This document shows, piece by piece, positions 49,960-63,700 of a stretch of 64,000 nucleotides of DNA; position 1 is the stretch's first letter, and each line of letters begins with the position of its first letter. Location of the stretch: the NCBI GenBank assembly GCA_000708835.1, contig DF236990.1, forward strand, positions 1-64,000, in the 5' to 3' direction. The DNA comes from Klebsormidium nitens. Lineage: Eukaryota; Plantae; Klebsormidiophyceae. The notes under the pieces are model-generated. The model saw only the letters and a program-made list of their open reading frames with translations. It was not told the DNA's origin and searched no databases. The translations under genes and the position numbers were made by a program.

Positions 49960-51756
49960 TTAGGTAGGTACGTCTCCCAACAATGAAACGCCTCGACTAG
50001 GCAGACAGAGAGTTTGGTCTGGTTTGCGACCGTCTGCTGCGCTCAAGCAATGAGGGTTAAAGTAACACAGAGTTTTGGATCGACCAGGTGTTTGTAGGGG
50101 TTAGCGCAGGTTAGCTGTTTGAAGGTTTGGGGTTGTCGCATGCGGTGACCGGTCGCCGCGCCCTTGGCCCGCGGGGGAGCCCTAGCGCGGCCCGCGGGGC
50201 CGCCCTGGCGCGTTCGCGCATGGGCCGCCGCATCATTGCAGTGGCGCCCGGCCGCGCGCGCGCCGGATGGGACAGCTAGGCCATGGACGGTCATGCGCGA
50301 CCGTCGGTATCATGCCGCTTTCACAGCTGGCATCAATTGATTGCTATGAGTGTATATTAGTATAACTCAATTATATATAAGCGCTATAGGCGAGCTATAG
50401 CGAGGAGCGATTGCGGCCTTCAACATGCTCTGTCCATCACGCGTACACATATGAGCCTGCTAGCCGCCTTGTTGCCCGGCTCTCATGCAATCCGATCGTT
50501 GTTTGTCGATATGAACCGTCAATGATCCCGGCCGCAGACATCGCAATCGGTCATGTCGGACAGCTGCATAGCGCGGGCTTGCGCAAGCTATGCTGACCGG
50601 ACTGATCTCCTGCTCATGTGCCATCGCATGGCAGTGGGCCGTGCTGGCCGGCCGCAGCGGCCTCGATCAAGTTTGTGGACAACTTTAGTGCTCGGTAGGT
50701 GACCGTCCTCCGATACTTTCATGGTCAACTATTAGTTACCTGCTTAGGCTAAGGTATCTCTGTTTTCCAAAAGTCAAAAAAATCTGTCTTGAAAGACATT
50801 TGAAAACGAGCTGCTGAGCATCACCTGACCACTGCAAAAGATTGTGGGCAGTGATTGATGCAATCACCGTCTCGCAATCAGAGAAGAATGCTCCATCAAC
50901 TGTCGCACGGCGGTTGCGATCAAACATGCTAGCTCCTGCGACGGTTTTCGCGATCACATTGTTGCCCGTATGCTACAGGAGGCTCTTTGGTTTGCACCAT
51001 AAGAACGTTTCAGAAAGAATCTCAGCGCAAGTTGGGAGAGATCAAAATGACCGAGAGTCTGACTTGCCCAAGAAGTGGTCGATCATACCAGTGTACGATT
51101 CCACACCTTTTCAAATGAACAGTCTATGACGAGCTCTGACCTCCAAGCGACTACAAGTTACAGGGAACGACCTGGAGACCCGCAGCGCATCACCTTCTAT
51201 CAAACGTTCATGCGAGTCTACTACGTTTTGAGGTTAGCTCTTCGGCTGCCGGCGATGTCTCGTCCGGCTTCAACCGGCTGCGCAAGCTGTAGCGCACTTT
51301 CTGTACTGGCGACTCGCCACTCCTGTTTGAAACAAGGAGAAAATGGTCAGAAGGCAGCTTACAAGTTGAAGAGATTGGACAAGGAAATGATTTGGAAGCC
51401 ACAGAACTAGCCAGTGAAAACGTCGGGACTCTTGAGGAAATGAACACATTTGATTGAAAAGACGCTCCTACAGCGCTGGTACTTCTCAAGCTTTGATGTT
51501 TCAGCGACTCTCTTGGACCTTGGATTCTAGAGTGTGCAGAAAGACGAGCAGATCGAGCTTGCCGCTTGATTATGACAACTATGACCTGACTCCAATTGAA
51601 CAGATTGTACCAAGAATGGCTCGTATCAAGAAGTAAGTTCTTACAAGCGCAGCTTGAAATCGTAGGAAGGGCAACCAACGTGCACCACTCGCATGTCGCA
51701 CGCGGAGGGAGCCAGGCAACATCGATACGAGTGAACATAGTCGAGGCCAAAGCTCC

Positions 51757-54700
51757 TCACCGCTTGGAGTCCACATTGTTAGTCTGCAGCGACCCAAGTG
51801 GCTGACGCTGGGGTGCTGAGGCCGCCCTTGCCGCCACAATCTTCTTGAGGCGGGCAGATGCTGCCATGTCCCCGGGTTGGGCGCGAGCTGCGCCTGCAGA
51901 ATAAACGTGGCTTGGACTCAGGCAGGATACCATTGTACAAGGAAGCTCATCCGAGCCTCGTCAATCACTGAACAGAGATCCTTGAGAAACAAAGTCCACT
52001 GATAAGAATGATTAGCAAGAGTGCTGAACTAAGTCCGCAAGGTCGAGTCTCCTTGAGAACAAGTTGCTCAAATATTGGACTACGGGTTAGTACTCAGGCC
52101 CCCACGAGAAACGTGTCACAAAGGTGGTGAAAACACCGAGAAGTCGGTTGCTGAAATTTTCAACGCAGCAGAAGCGGGCACACTCTCGTCCCAGATTGCA
52201 AGCGGACTCACCGTTCAGAGAGTAAGACTGCGTCTCCTCCCCCGCAGCCGACTTCGGGGAAGGCGTATCCAGGGGGATCGCGGTGCTAACGTCAGCACCA
52301 GGCGACATCATGCTGCGCTCAGCCTGCAAGAGGGCAAGTGTTTCAAGTATGTTTTCCATGGTGATGGGAGGTGGCCTGACCGTCCAGGTAGTGATTTCTG
52401 CCAGAAAGAAATCTGAAGAAGCCTAGTGTCGCGACAATTGATTTTCAAAGACGTCACAGTGGACAAATCGCGATGCACTTCCAAGAAGGCGCTGAAGAAT
52501 AAGACCTTTGAGCGCAACTGGAAGCCTTAAATCACAGAAACACCACAAGAAGACGATTGAGGCGAGGGGCTGCAGCCTGCACGTCAACTGAGACAAGTGG
52601 TCCACGAACTGGAAACGAAACCAAATCAATGAGATGCTTGCACTTTTCCTTCCGCTTCAAAGGAGAAATGCGGCCCGGAATCAAGCTTACCTTTTTGCCG
52701 CCGCTCTTAATGTGCCTCTTCAGCACCTCGGACGGCTTCTCCCCGATCGGAGTCCTCGCCTCGTCCGCCTCGCCCTCTTCGGCGACCTCCAGGCTGGCCT
52801 TCGCGGCCTCGAGATCGCCCTTAAGCCGCGCGACCTCGCGCCTCGCCCTCGCGCGCTCGTCCAGGGCCACCGCCTTCTCCTTCTGCAGGCCCTCAATCTG
52901 CTCCTCGAAAGCCAACAGCGACCCCTCCAGCACCGCAATCTCAGCGTTCCACCGCTCGCGCTCCTCCCGAAGAGCGACAGCCTCGGCCTCCGCCGCTGCG
53001 AGCGACCGAGTTACCTCCCCGAGCGCCCGCTCCTTCTCTTCCAGAGCTGTGAGGAGCATTACGGCTGCGTTCTGACGGTCGTCCAGCTCGGCGCGCTGTA
53101 TTTCCGCCCACTTTTCCGCTTCCCCAAGCTTGTATTCCATCGCTGCCCTCGTCTTGGCGAGATCCGATTGCGCCTCCTTCTGGGCGGTTTGTGACGCTTC
53201 GACTTCGGCCCGAAGCGCCGCTTCGGTTGCTCTCGCGTCCGCCAGGCGCCCCTCCAGGCCCGCGATGTCGCCCGCCTTCTCCACGAGCTCTGCTTGGCTC
53301 TCCTGGCTTCCCGCCCTGGCCGCCTCAAGCTGCGCCCTCTCTGACGTCAGCTCTTCCCGCAGCTCCCCTGTCTTCGTCTCGAGCATGGCCACCGCGTCAG
53401 ACGCTGCGTCAGCCAACCGCTGGCTCGCTTTCGCCCGCACGGTCTCGTCGTCCAGCCGACGCTCCAACTCTGACAGCTCCTTCTCCGCCTCCACTAACCG
53501 CTCCTCATATCCGCTCACCACTGCCGCGTGTTCCTCCATCAGCGCCTCCTTTTCTGACGTCAGTGCAGCCACGCGGCTCACGATCTCATCGATCAGCTTC
53601 ATGCTGTCGCCCTTGAGCGACTCCACCTTCTCCAGCAGCCGCTCCTTCTCCGCAACGGCCCCTTCGCACTCGCGCACCTTCTCTTCCATCTGCTTCCGGA
53701 GGGTGCCCAGATTCGCGGCGCACTCTCGCTCTTGCTTCTCAAGGGCCGCGGCCACTGCCGCTTTACCTCCTTCCTCCGCCGTCGTTACGGCGTTCTCCAG
53801 TGCAGCAACCTCTGCGGCATGGTCGAAAACCAGCGCCTCTTTCTGCTTCGCCGCGTCGTCGAGCGCTTCTTCCAGCGAGGCAACCGCAGCTGCGTGGTCC
53901 AAAACGAGCGCCTCTTTCTCTTTCGCCGCATTGTTGACCGCCTCTTCCAGAGCAGCGACGGCCGCCGCGTGCGTCGAAACGAGCGCCTCCCGCTCCTTCT
54001 TGGCTGCGCGCAGGCGCTCCTCGAGCGCAGCCACCGCCGCGCCGTGCTCTTCTACAATAGCGACTCTTTCCTCCCCCGCCGCTTTCATTGCAGCCGCATG
54101 CTCAGCAGCGATCGCGTCCCTCTCCTCCTCCAGTGCCCTGACCGTTTCTTCGATTTTCTCGATAGCTGTGGCCTGCTCCGAAGCGAGGGCATCCGTTGTC
54201 CGGAGGGCGTTCTGAAGAGTGGAGAGGGCCTTCTGATGCTCCGCCAAGAGCGCATCCTTTTCGGCCTCTAGCAGCTCCGCTGCTTCGGAATGCGCTGCGT
54301 CCAGAGCGGACTCCGCGGCCGCCACCCTGAGAAGGATGAAAAGGGCGGACATCAGCAATCGTCGTGGCGAATGTTAGAACAGTCTCACGAGGTTGACTGA
54401 AATTTGTACTCAGGTCTCCTCTTTGGAAGAAGACGAGCAGTAAGCTAGTGGAAGAGTTGGACATGTTCGGTACTGCAAAGAAAAGAGTCGGTGGAAGTAT
54501 CGAGGAGTAGACGGCAGAGCGCGGAACCTGCCCTTGCGTCAAGAGTGACAAGCCCAGTGGGACAAGTTGAACCCACAGCTAAATCATTGGCGGTGAGAGA
54601 GGAGCTGACAAATGGAATGGAGCGTAGGGACATACTCAAGTCCTGAAAAGTATTCTCCCACGCCTGAAATCAGAAATAGTCAGTCGGTCTCACGCACAGC

Positions 54701-57700
54701 AATCTCTGGTAAAGCGGCTGCAGCCGAATGTTCAGACGTAGATATTGAAGAGAGAAGGAAACATATGATGTGAAGCGTCATCTGCCTTCCGTATCCTTCT
54801 AAGGCTCATACGAACCACGAATCTTTCTGCTTTCTCTGTAAACTTCCGTCCAAGAAGCAACTCTGATATGAAGTGCAACAGCTCGGTGCCTACCTTACGA
54901 GAAGGTCCGACTTGGCTGCCTCGAGCACCTCAATCCTGGCGGTCAGCTCAGCAGCCTCCGCCTCGACCCTGCCCACATGCCCCTGGGCCTCGGCCAGCTG
55001 TTCCGCGAGGCCCCGCTTCTCCTCCTCCATCCTCGCAAACTCCTTCTCGAGCTGCGCCGCCCGCACCGTCGCCTCCTGCGCGCGCTCGAGGAGCGCCCGC
55101 TGCTCGCCCTCGACCGCTGCCAGCTGTCCCTCCAACCGTGCGACCGCGGCGCCTTTCTCCCGCGCATCGTCCACCGCTTTGGTGAGTTCCGTCTCGAGAC
55201 TCGCTACTTGGGCTGAGAGCGCGCTCGCCTCGGCCGACTTGGCTGCGAGTTCCGCTTCCGACGCCGTGAGGCTGGTGAGGAGGTTTTTCTCGGCTAGTGA
55301 CAGGGCTGTGATCTGCTCATTCCGCTCCTGTGAGGCCACCGGCAGGCTTGAGTCTCGCGAAGTGGGAGGGCCCGGCTGCTTGGCTTCGAAAGCACCACGA
55401 GCGCTCCAACGAGGTGTTGGAGCACTCGACGTGAGAAGCAGGGGGCCGGCGTGAGCCGGTCATACGACCGGGGCGTTAGGCTGGAAGAACGGAGAGGAAG
55501 CGAAAGCGTGCACTGTTTAGAGGAAGTCAGCCCAACGAGGTGTTGGACGATTCCAAGACATGGGCATATAGGTGATGTAAGGCGAGGGATACAGATTCGT
55601 TTTTCGGGCAGGGTTAAGTCAACGTCGCCATGCATCAAAGTTTGGACGTCCTAATGGAACCTTGCGCAAAGAAGTGGGCTGGTTGCAAATAGTGGATGTA
55701 AGCAAAGATCGCTCAGGGCAAACTATTGTCTGAACCAGTTGCGTTTCACGAAGTGCGAGAGGACACTTTGACTTTCTTTATCGCGCTTTGGTTGTAGGAC
55801 ACATGCTCTTGTCAGTATTCCGTCAAGCTATACTTGATTGCCTCACCTGCACCAATTGCTCAGCTGCTGCTTTTGCGTCCTTCTCGTCGGCCAGGCTTGT
55901 CTGAAGGTGGATAGTATCATCCTCGAGGCCGTTCACCTGTCAAACAAGGAAACACGGGACGGTATTTAGACCTCAGAAATTTGGCTCGCACTTCATTGCA
56001 AAAATGCGGCATTGTGAAACTCGCAATCAGATTTCTGCTGGCTGCACAAGCGGGTTCTCAGAGTTCCTCGACTGGTCAGCTCGGACCCCGTGCTTTAGTT
56101 CGTGGGAAAAGGAACGAGGCTCGGCTCTCGGAAGTAATCCTCAAGCGTCTCTCTAGCAGGAGGTGACTTAGTCAGTACTGTCGGAGGTTTCGTCGAGCCG
56201 TTAAGCGGGGACAGAGAACAACCGCGTGCTCTCTATTTCAAAAGCTCAGGGGATGCTCACCCTGTGGATCAGCTTCGTAGCTTCCGACTTCGCGTTGTTG
56301 AGCTCTCGCTTCAGGCCCTCCATCTCGTCCTTGACCGCCTGCACCTCCTTTGAAGCCTCCTCCAGAGCGCCCTCTGCCGTCAAGCGCCCGTCCTGCAGGA
56401 ACAAATACCGCATCTTGAGAAGCTAGTGGAGGTTGAGAGGGTTTCCTGGTTGGATTCTAAGTAGGACATTTGTAGACAGCATTCCGCGATTTTCCTCCTC
56501 GAATCTCCCTAAAAGACTAGTGTCCGGATCCGCCAAACCATGTTCTGGTAGCTGGCAGGCCAAGAGAATTCGAACCACTTGGAGAAGAAACTAGTGAGCT
56601 GACCAGTCGCAATTGTTTTAGGAGTGGTAGCGTTGCGAAGAAGTCGTGCTTGCTTCATCAGAACGAACTGCCGTCATCTCCTAGCCATACAAGCAGCCGG
56701 ATTGTCGACGACACTCCACGCTCGTCGAAGGAGATGACCGTCCATCCGGACAAGGAAAGCAGCACTGAGATGCAAGGTCCCGGAAATCTTCAGACGGTAA
56801 TCTGAAAGCCAAATCGAGGATAAATCACAGAAACAACGCAAGTAAAAATGCACTGTACGACTTCTCACCTCGGCTTTCTGCAGCATCGACTCCACAGCTC
56901 GCAGCTTCAAGGCAGTTGCCTCTGCCTCCGCTGCAGCCGCCTTGAGCGCCGCATCCAACCCCTCTTTCTCCTTCACGAGAGCTGCAGCGCGCTCACCCAG
57001 CTGGACCAGCAGAGTGTCCTTCTCGTGCACGAGCTTCTCCCGCTCGTTCAGCGTCTGCTCCAGCGTGCCTGAGATTGCAGCCAAGTCTAAGAGACTACCA
57101 AACTGGACTCGGTTGAGAAACAATCGAACATTGTGAAAAACTCTCGCACCAGCGTGGCGTCCAGAATAGGTCGTATTTAAACCTCCACCAAAAACGCATT
57201 GTGCTGCTGTGCCATGACGACCATACGCCTGCGGTCTCACCAGTCTTTACCTCAAGTCCGAGCCAACCTTTGCTAGAAGGCCCACTCAGATGCCTAGGTC
57301 ATTTCACTTCTTTTGGCAGCCTCACCTCTCTCCTCGAGGTGCGAGTCGTGGGCTTCCTTGAGCTGCTGCTTCTCGTTCATGAGCAGCGACAGGAACTCGT
57401 CGGCAGCCGCCTTGTCTTTGCGTGCGAGGTCCAGCTCCACCTTGATGCTCTCCGCGTCGGTCTTTGCCTGCACGCCGTGAAGTCGGGTTTCCTAACCGAC
57501 TGACGGAACAAGCTAAAACTCCGGCTCTCGATGACGAAACGCTCTAGCAAGCTGCTGAAAAAATACAGTTCGGACTTAGGACTTGAGAAGCCGCGGCCCT
57601 TTCAAGATGGATCTGGTATTGACCTCGACCAGCTCCGCCGCACATCTCATTTCAAGTGGGCGTAAGCAGCAGTTAACTGAGACTAGAATTTCAGCTCCCG

Positions 57701-60700
57701 GTAAAGCCACGCTCAGATTTGCACGGGCACGTATACTCGATCAAGTCCCTTGTCCAGGACTCGCAAATCTTGCTCAAACGAGCGACCATGTGTTGATCAA
57801 CCAGAGTTTGGGTGCAGGTGTCTGCCCACCTGATTGAAACGGGCTTCGGCAGCCTCCGCCTTGCCCCACTCCTGCGCAAACTGGTCCGCTAGGGTGTCCT
57901 TCTCCTTGGTCATCTTGCCCAGGTCGTCTTCCAATTGTACGACCTGCAGCGCAGCATTTCCAGTGTAAGTGCGAGCGAGGGTGAGGTCAAGGATCGGGTT
58001 GAACTGTTCTGCAATCACTCTGCATGCAAAGGTCGACACCAAGATTCTGAAAACAGCTGGAGGTCACACTCAGCAAAGTGGATGCTATTCTTATCTGCGT
58101 ATGTTATTCCAAAGAGGGATACAACCAGTCGGCTAATCAACGCATAGAATTACGCGTGTGGCCAAAATCAAAGACGGCATCCGGGAGCGACTAGCTTCCC
58201 CGGGCATGACCAAGTAACTCTCTTCCGCACCTGCGCTTGAAGTTTCGTCAAGGCTGCCTCCTTCTCCTCCGCAGCGCTCAGCAACTCCGCCACCTTCTTC
58301 TCTGAGGCCTCTTTCTCCGCACCCAACTCCCCGAGCCGCTCCTTCTGGTTGCCTAGCTTCTTCTCGAGCTCGTCCGCCTTCAGGTCCAGCCCCTCAACCT
58401 TAGCATGTAGCTGGCTGATCTCCGCGCCCAGTTGCGACTCCCCGTCTGCTTTCTCCGCAGCTAATTGCTCAAACCGCTTCTCTAGACTGTCCTTCTCCGC
58501 CTGGATCCTCGAGACCGTTTCTGCAAGGCCGTTCCGTTCGTTCGACGCCTCCGACAGCTGTCCCGCGACGCCCTCGAGTTGCTGCTTCGCCTCTGCCTCC
58601 GACGCGACAAGCTCAGCCATCCGACCGTCCACAGACGCACGCGCACGCGCTAGTTCGTTCTTCTCCTGGGTCGACATCAGAAGCTGCTCGTTGACTGTGT
58701 TCAGCTGCTCGTTAACGCTGTCAAACTGCTTCTGCAGGTCTGTACGGGAATCAGTGAGAGCCACGACCTCGCTTTCAGCCGCCGACCGAGCGCGTGCAGC
58801 CTCGTTCTTCTCTTGGACTGCAGCGAGATGCTGTTCGTTGATGGCGTTCAGCTGGTCTTGGAGGTCGCTTATCGTCGTTCGAAGATCCGCTGATGCCTGC
58901 TGAGCCACCTGGAGGAGCCGGCTGCCCTCGTCCTTCTCAGCAACCTGCAAGAGGAGGAAAGCTTCTCAGACGGCTAAGTGTATCTTCTCTGCACAGCCAT
59001 AGCCTCAACCGGAATCTTGTGAATGAACATGCAGTGTCAGCATCCACCTGGTCCTCCTCTGCAAAAGTCGAACAAGTTCGCAGCAAGTACTCAGCGGAGT
59101 ATTAAACAGTATCAACAAAGCAGAACTTCCTCGTAACGTGAGCTTTCCATCAATGCCCATGATAAGATTGAAATCAAGACGCGCCTACTCCTTTCGCCCC
59201 GCCATATATAGCGGCTCCAGTACACTTCAAAAACCACCTCTCAGCGGAGGCAACTTCCGGAGAGACCATGAACACATTCCCCTTGTACTCAAATGAGTAG
59301 ATACTGACCAAAGCCTGGAGCTTCGCCTCCAGCTCGGCCTTCCCTGCCTGCAGGTCCGCCAGCTGCGCCTCCAGAGCGTTGACGGTGCCCAGCTTAGCGG
59401 TCACCTCCTCTAGCGCCTTCTGGGCAGCGTCCTTATCGTTGCTCGTGGCTTGTAGCTCGGCGAATAGGTCCTCCTGTGGGTGTAAAGAAAGGAGATTAGA
59501 ACAGACCGACGCAACAGTTAGAAAATGACCTCTGATAGGCTTCAGGTACAACAGGCTCCGCTTGCTGATCAACTGCGGATCCAACGGGCTTTGATTGATT
59601 GACTCTGGTAAGGAAGGGACGCTCTTCCAAAAATATTTTGCGCGTCTCTGCCAACACGAAGATGCGACAAAGCAAGAAATGCCTCTTCGTAGACAGAGCC
59701 ACAGACTCGCTTTTGAAGCAAACCAAGCATTGTAAGTGGGCAACGTACCTGTAACTTGCTCTGCTCTTTGAAGGCGTTGCTGTACTTGTCAGCCGCCTTT
59801 TGCGCGTTCTTCACGCGTTCGTTGGCGTCCAGCATTTGAACCTCCAGCACGTCCTTCTGGTGACGTTCCTGCACAAACCACAACAGGCAACAAACATCAG
59901 AATACTGATCCGTTCAATATTCTGTCCAAAGAAATTTTCGAGGCTGCGTATTCTCCGTTTACACCTGCCTTTGGGGACCCACGGTCATCTCATAGTCTTC
60001 AATGGAACGGACTGCTGTTGCGAGCGGTTCGTGAAGAAGAAGCGAGAGGTTGGACGGAGTGCAACGTGGGCAAAGACGCGAGCTCTGAAGCAGAAACGAG
60101 AGGCGGGACGGATGCAAGCCTGGCCTGAGTGCGCGTACCTCTTCCAGCTGAGCTGCGGTCTCCTTGTACGTCGGCTCCAGCTTGGCGAGGGCCCGCTCCA
60201 GCTTCTCGATCTTGCTGTCCTTGGTTACCCCTTCGGCGATGACCACGTCCATCAGCTCCTGCTGTTTCCTGGCCTGCTCCTCCATGGCAGCAATTCTGCA
60301 CAAGTAAAGCGCCGTCCTCTAGTTCGTTCATTCTGCATCAGGACTTTGATGGCTTTCATTGGGAGCCTCATGCTTCGACACGAATGAGCTCGAATGACGT
60401 CAATGCCAGAGTAGCCATCGACGACAATCAACTGCAGTGATCCGCAGCAAAGCGGTTCCAGAAAGAATTTTGTACATGACAAGGGAGCTTTTGCGTTCAT
60501 AAGCCTCACTTCTCTCTGAAAGCCTGCTGCTCCTGCTTGGCAACCTCCTCCTCCTGCTTGGCAGCAGCCAGCTCCGTCTTCAGCTTGTTCGCTTGGACAA
60601 GCGTGCTCTCCAGTTCGCTCGAAACAGTCTTGTACAGAGCCTCAGTCTGCTCCAGCCGCGCAGTAACGTCCTCGTCGTCGTCCCGCTCGCTCATGAGCTC

Positions 60701-63700
60701 CTCCACTTGCGCTGCAAAGATGCAGAAGACCGCATTAGCCAGGATCCTTACCGAAAAGAGGCCAAGTTTAGGCCGCTTCCGAACTGCTCGTGGTTGTAGA
60801 TCGAGCTACAGTTGATACAAAACAATTCGAGTATTCCAGCTTGAAAGTCAGAAGGCTCGGTCGTACGCTCAGATATCGTCTACCAGAACCGCCAAGCAGG
60901 GAACGTTCAGTAGAGTTCAGATACTGTCCAGAGCTGTGAGTGTTGCCTTTTACCGATACCGACACAACGAAGTCATTACATCATAAGCGCACACGAATAA
61001 AGGACACGCGTACCTTTTAGCATGTCCACTTCCATTGAGAACTTCACAGCGTCAGGGTGGAAGTCCACCTGCCGCCGCAAGCTCTCCATCTCCTCTCTCA
61101 CATCCTGCGCCAGCTCGGCATCCGTTCGTGGACGACCCGTCTCCAACCGCTTGATGTTGGCCTCTCGGAGCTTGATGATCATCTTGTGTGCCTGGCGAGA
61201 GCAAACAGATCGGAGGGCTTACATCGACGAATCTGACGAGCAGTTTGTAAGGCAGGACTCCCTTTGAATGGCTCTACAACTGCAGGTCACCTTGCAGCAA
61301 TATACGCCTCGTGTCAGAGAAATCTGATGGTCCCAAAAGGACCAGCCTTCTGAAGCGAAGCAGACCAACGGCTGTCGCTTCAACACTGATCGAGCCTCAA
61401 GTTCAACAGCGATTGCATTTGTAACACCAGCTCATGGTGATCGAAAGACAGACACGTTACAAGTAAAAGCACAGTCAACCTCACCACAATCGAGACACCA
61501 CACGTCTGCACATCTTAGGCGTGCTCGCCAAATTTTCGAAGCCATGAAACCTGAAACTTTTCTTCCTCGATCAAACGAACTCTGTATGAACTTCCTGCTT
61601 TGCCTTTCAGAATGGCTTGCCCATACAAGCGCGTCGCAATCTGACCTGAATGGCTGTGTGCAGGCGCTCATTGACGGCTCTCTCGGCATCCAGCTGCGCG
61701 GTCAGCTTGTCCAACTCCTGCTGGTTTTTGCGCTCAAGCCAGAGGTGCCGTTTGGACGATTGCTGGATGATGTAGGTGAGCCGCGCAGCTTGCGACGCTT
61801 CAGCCTCGTCCATGGGCGGAGGCGCAGCGCTGAGTTCCACGGAGGTGGGGCTCCCCATGTTTGCTGTACAACAAAAGAGGGGGGAAGAAAGGGATGACAT
61901 TGGAAACAGAAAGAGCACAAGGTGGGGATCAGAAGGGTCGCAGCTTGTGGAGCAGCCTCCAGGGAAGATGAAGAAGACTCTGCTGGGGGAGTCCTAATAA
62001 CATGATCAGAATATCGAAACCGCGAAAAAAGACAAGAGGTCCTTGTTGCATCTGAGTATGCTGATAATTGCAGATGCTTCACAGCAAATCAGATCCAACT
62101 CACCTTTGAGCACAGCAATCTCTAAGCGGAGCCTCTTGATCTCTTCCCCCATCGTGGCAGGGTTCCCGAAGCAGTCCTCGTTGACGGTGGCCGTGTTACG
62201 CATCATCTTGGCACGTTGCGCAAACTTGAGGGTGGACAGTGTCTCCTCCACGTTCTTCTCGGCAGGGCTGATGTTGGCAACCAGGCTGCATTTTGAATTC
62301 CCTCCCAATGCATCCTGCAACACCAGAAATTGTCTTTGCTGAAAATAATTGTAATAAAAGAGAAATACCCCGCATGGTGATCGCACTCCCTCAGGATACT
62401 GCTTCGTCAACAAAGAAGGTACCTACTTGAAAGCGAAAGGGCACCTAGCATCAGGGAACACACACTTTGAGAAGCGTTTTTACCTTCAGCAGGAAGGTCA
62501 ACTTGGAGTCCCGATAAGGCACGTGCCGAATCTTTCCCTCCCCAGTATCCACCTGCAATCCAAGAAGGATTGCCTCAGTACATGTTTGTAAGACAATTTG
62601 CCTGAGAACCATTGCAATACTTAGTTGCAGGTGATGTTCCAGCTTAGAGCCATCAGCAAGTATTGAGATTGCCCAGGAGTATGACAGATTCGACCACATC
62701 TCCATCTTTGATGTTGGGAGTAATGAGATCCGGCTGCAAATGGAACCAGACCAGACCATGGAAAAGGTACTGACCAGGGCCTTGATGACATTGCCGAGTG
62801 CAGACAACGATTTGTTGATGCCGCCAGCTTCTTTCAACCTGACCCCCATGGCCTCTGAATGCTTCTGCCTCTCGCTCCCCGCAAGGTCCACAAGGTAGAA
62901 GCGACTGATGCGTTTTGTCATCATCCCTTTCTCCCCTCGTCTCTGCGGATGGAGCAGCGGAATAGCGGGGATCAAAAGAGGACTGCTTTCCTTCTCAAAA
63001 GAAGGCTTGGCTGCAAGGCAGACACGGCCTTTCGGCAAGATTGCATTTCAAAAGGAGAATGGATTGCTCTGCTGATGATTGGCGGGCGGAAGGTTACCTG
63101 CGACTCGACCACAACAGTGAACACTGCGTGGCTTCTGCTGCTCTCAGCATTCATTGCAGTCATGCCAACATGCCGGTTGGCAGACCCTCTTCGCAGCGTC
63201 CCATAGCAGGCTTCCGCGTTCGGAACAACAACTTCCTGGAGGCCTGCGGCATTGTAAGATATGTGTGAATGTCAGTTCAGGACCATGATCCTCTCGGTTT
63301 GCAACATGTAAACTTCTCCGCCATCAAGGACATCTTTTCATTATCAATTAGACAGAAGCGATGTCAGCGAGGGACAACCAGTCTTCAGAAGACAATGCAA
63401 TGATTGTCAGCTGAGAGCAGATGAGCATGACGAGAATGCTGGCATTCCAAAAACATGGACCAACAGCATGCTTGACCAAGTACTGCTTTGAAAAGTAGCA
63501 GCTGTATCCATAACAAAGAAGGAAATCCTACCTTCGACATAGTGCCCCCGTTTGACGTCTTCTCGAATGGTGAGGTTCGTTTGCTCGGGATCCAGAAGAT
63601 CGCTAACATTCTCGTTGTAGATTTGTAGATAGGAGCACTTGATTGCGTAATCCAGAGCACCACCATTCTGCAACGTATCACAGGCGTTAAGCTGCCTGCT

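Noticed and set aside
51208-51805. 180-codon minus ORF and a + frame with about four stops, possibly a pseudogene
   Set aside because: No recognisable homology, overlaps the kinesin-12 3' end and UTR, and is compatible with chance.
53130-54215. Long ORFs opposite coding exons (also 19021-19971, 27252-27848, 30795-31706, 54873-55454, 58349-58903)
   Set aside because: These are antisense shadows of GC-rich coiled-coil or low-complexity exons. They are Ser/Ala-rich and show no independent motifs.
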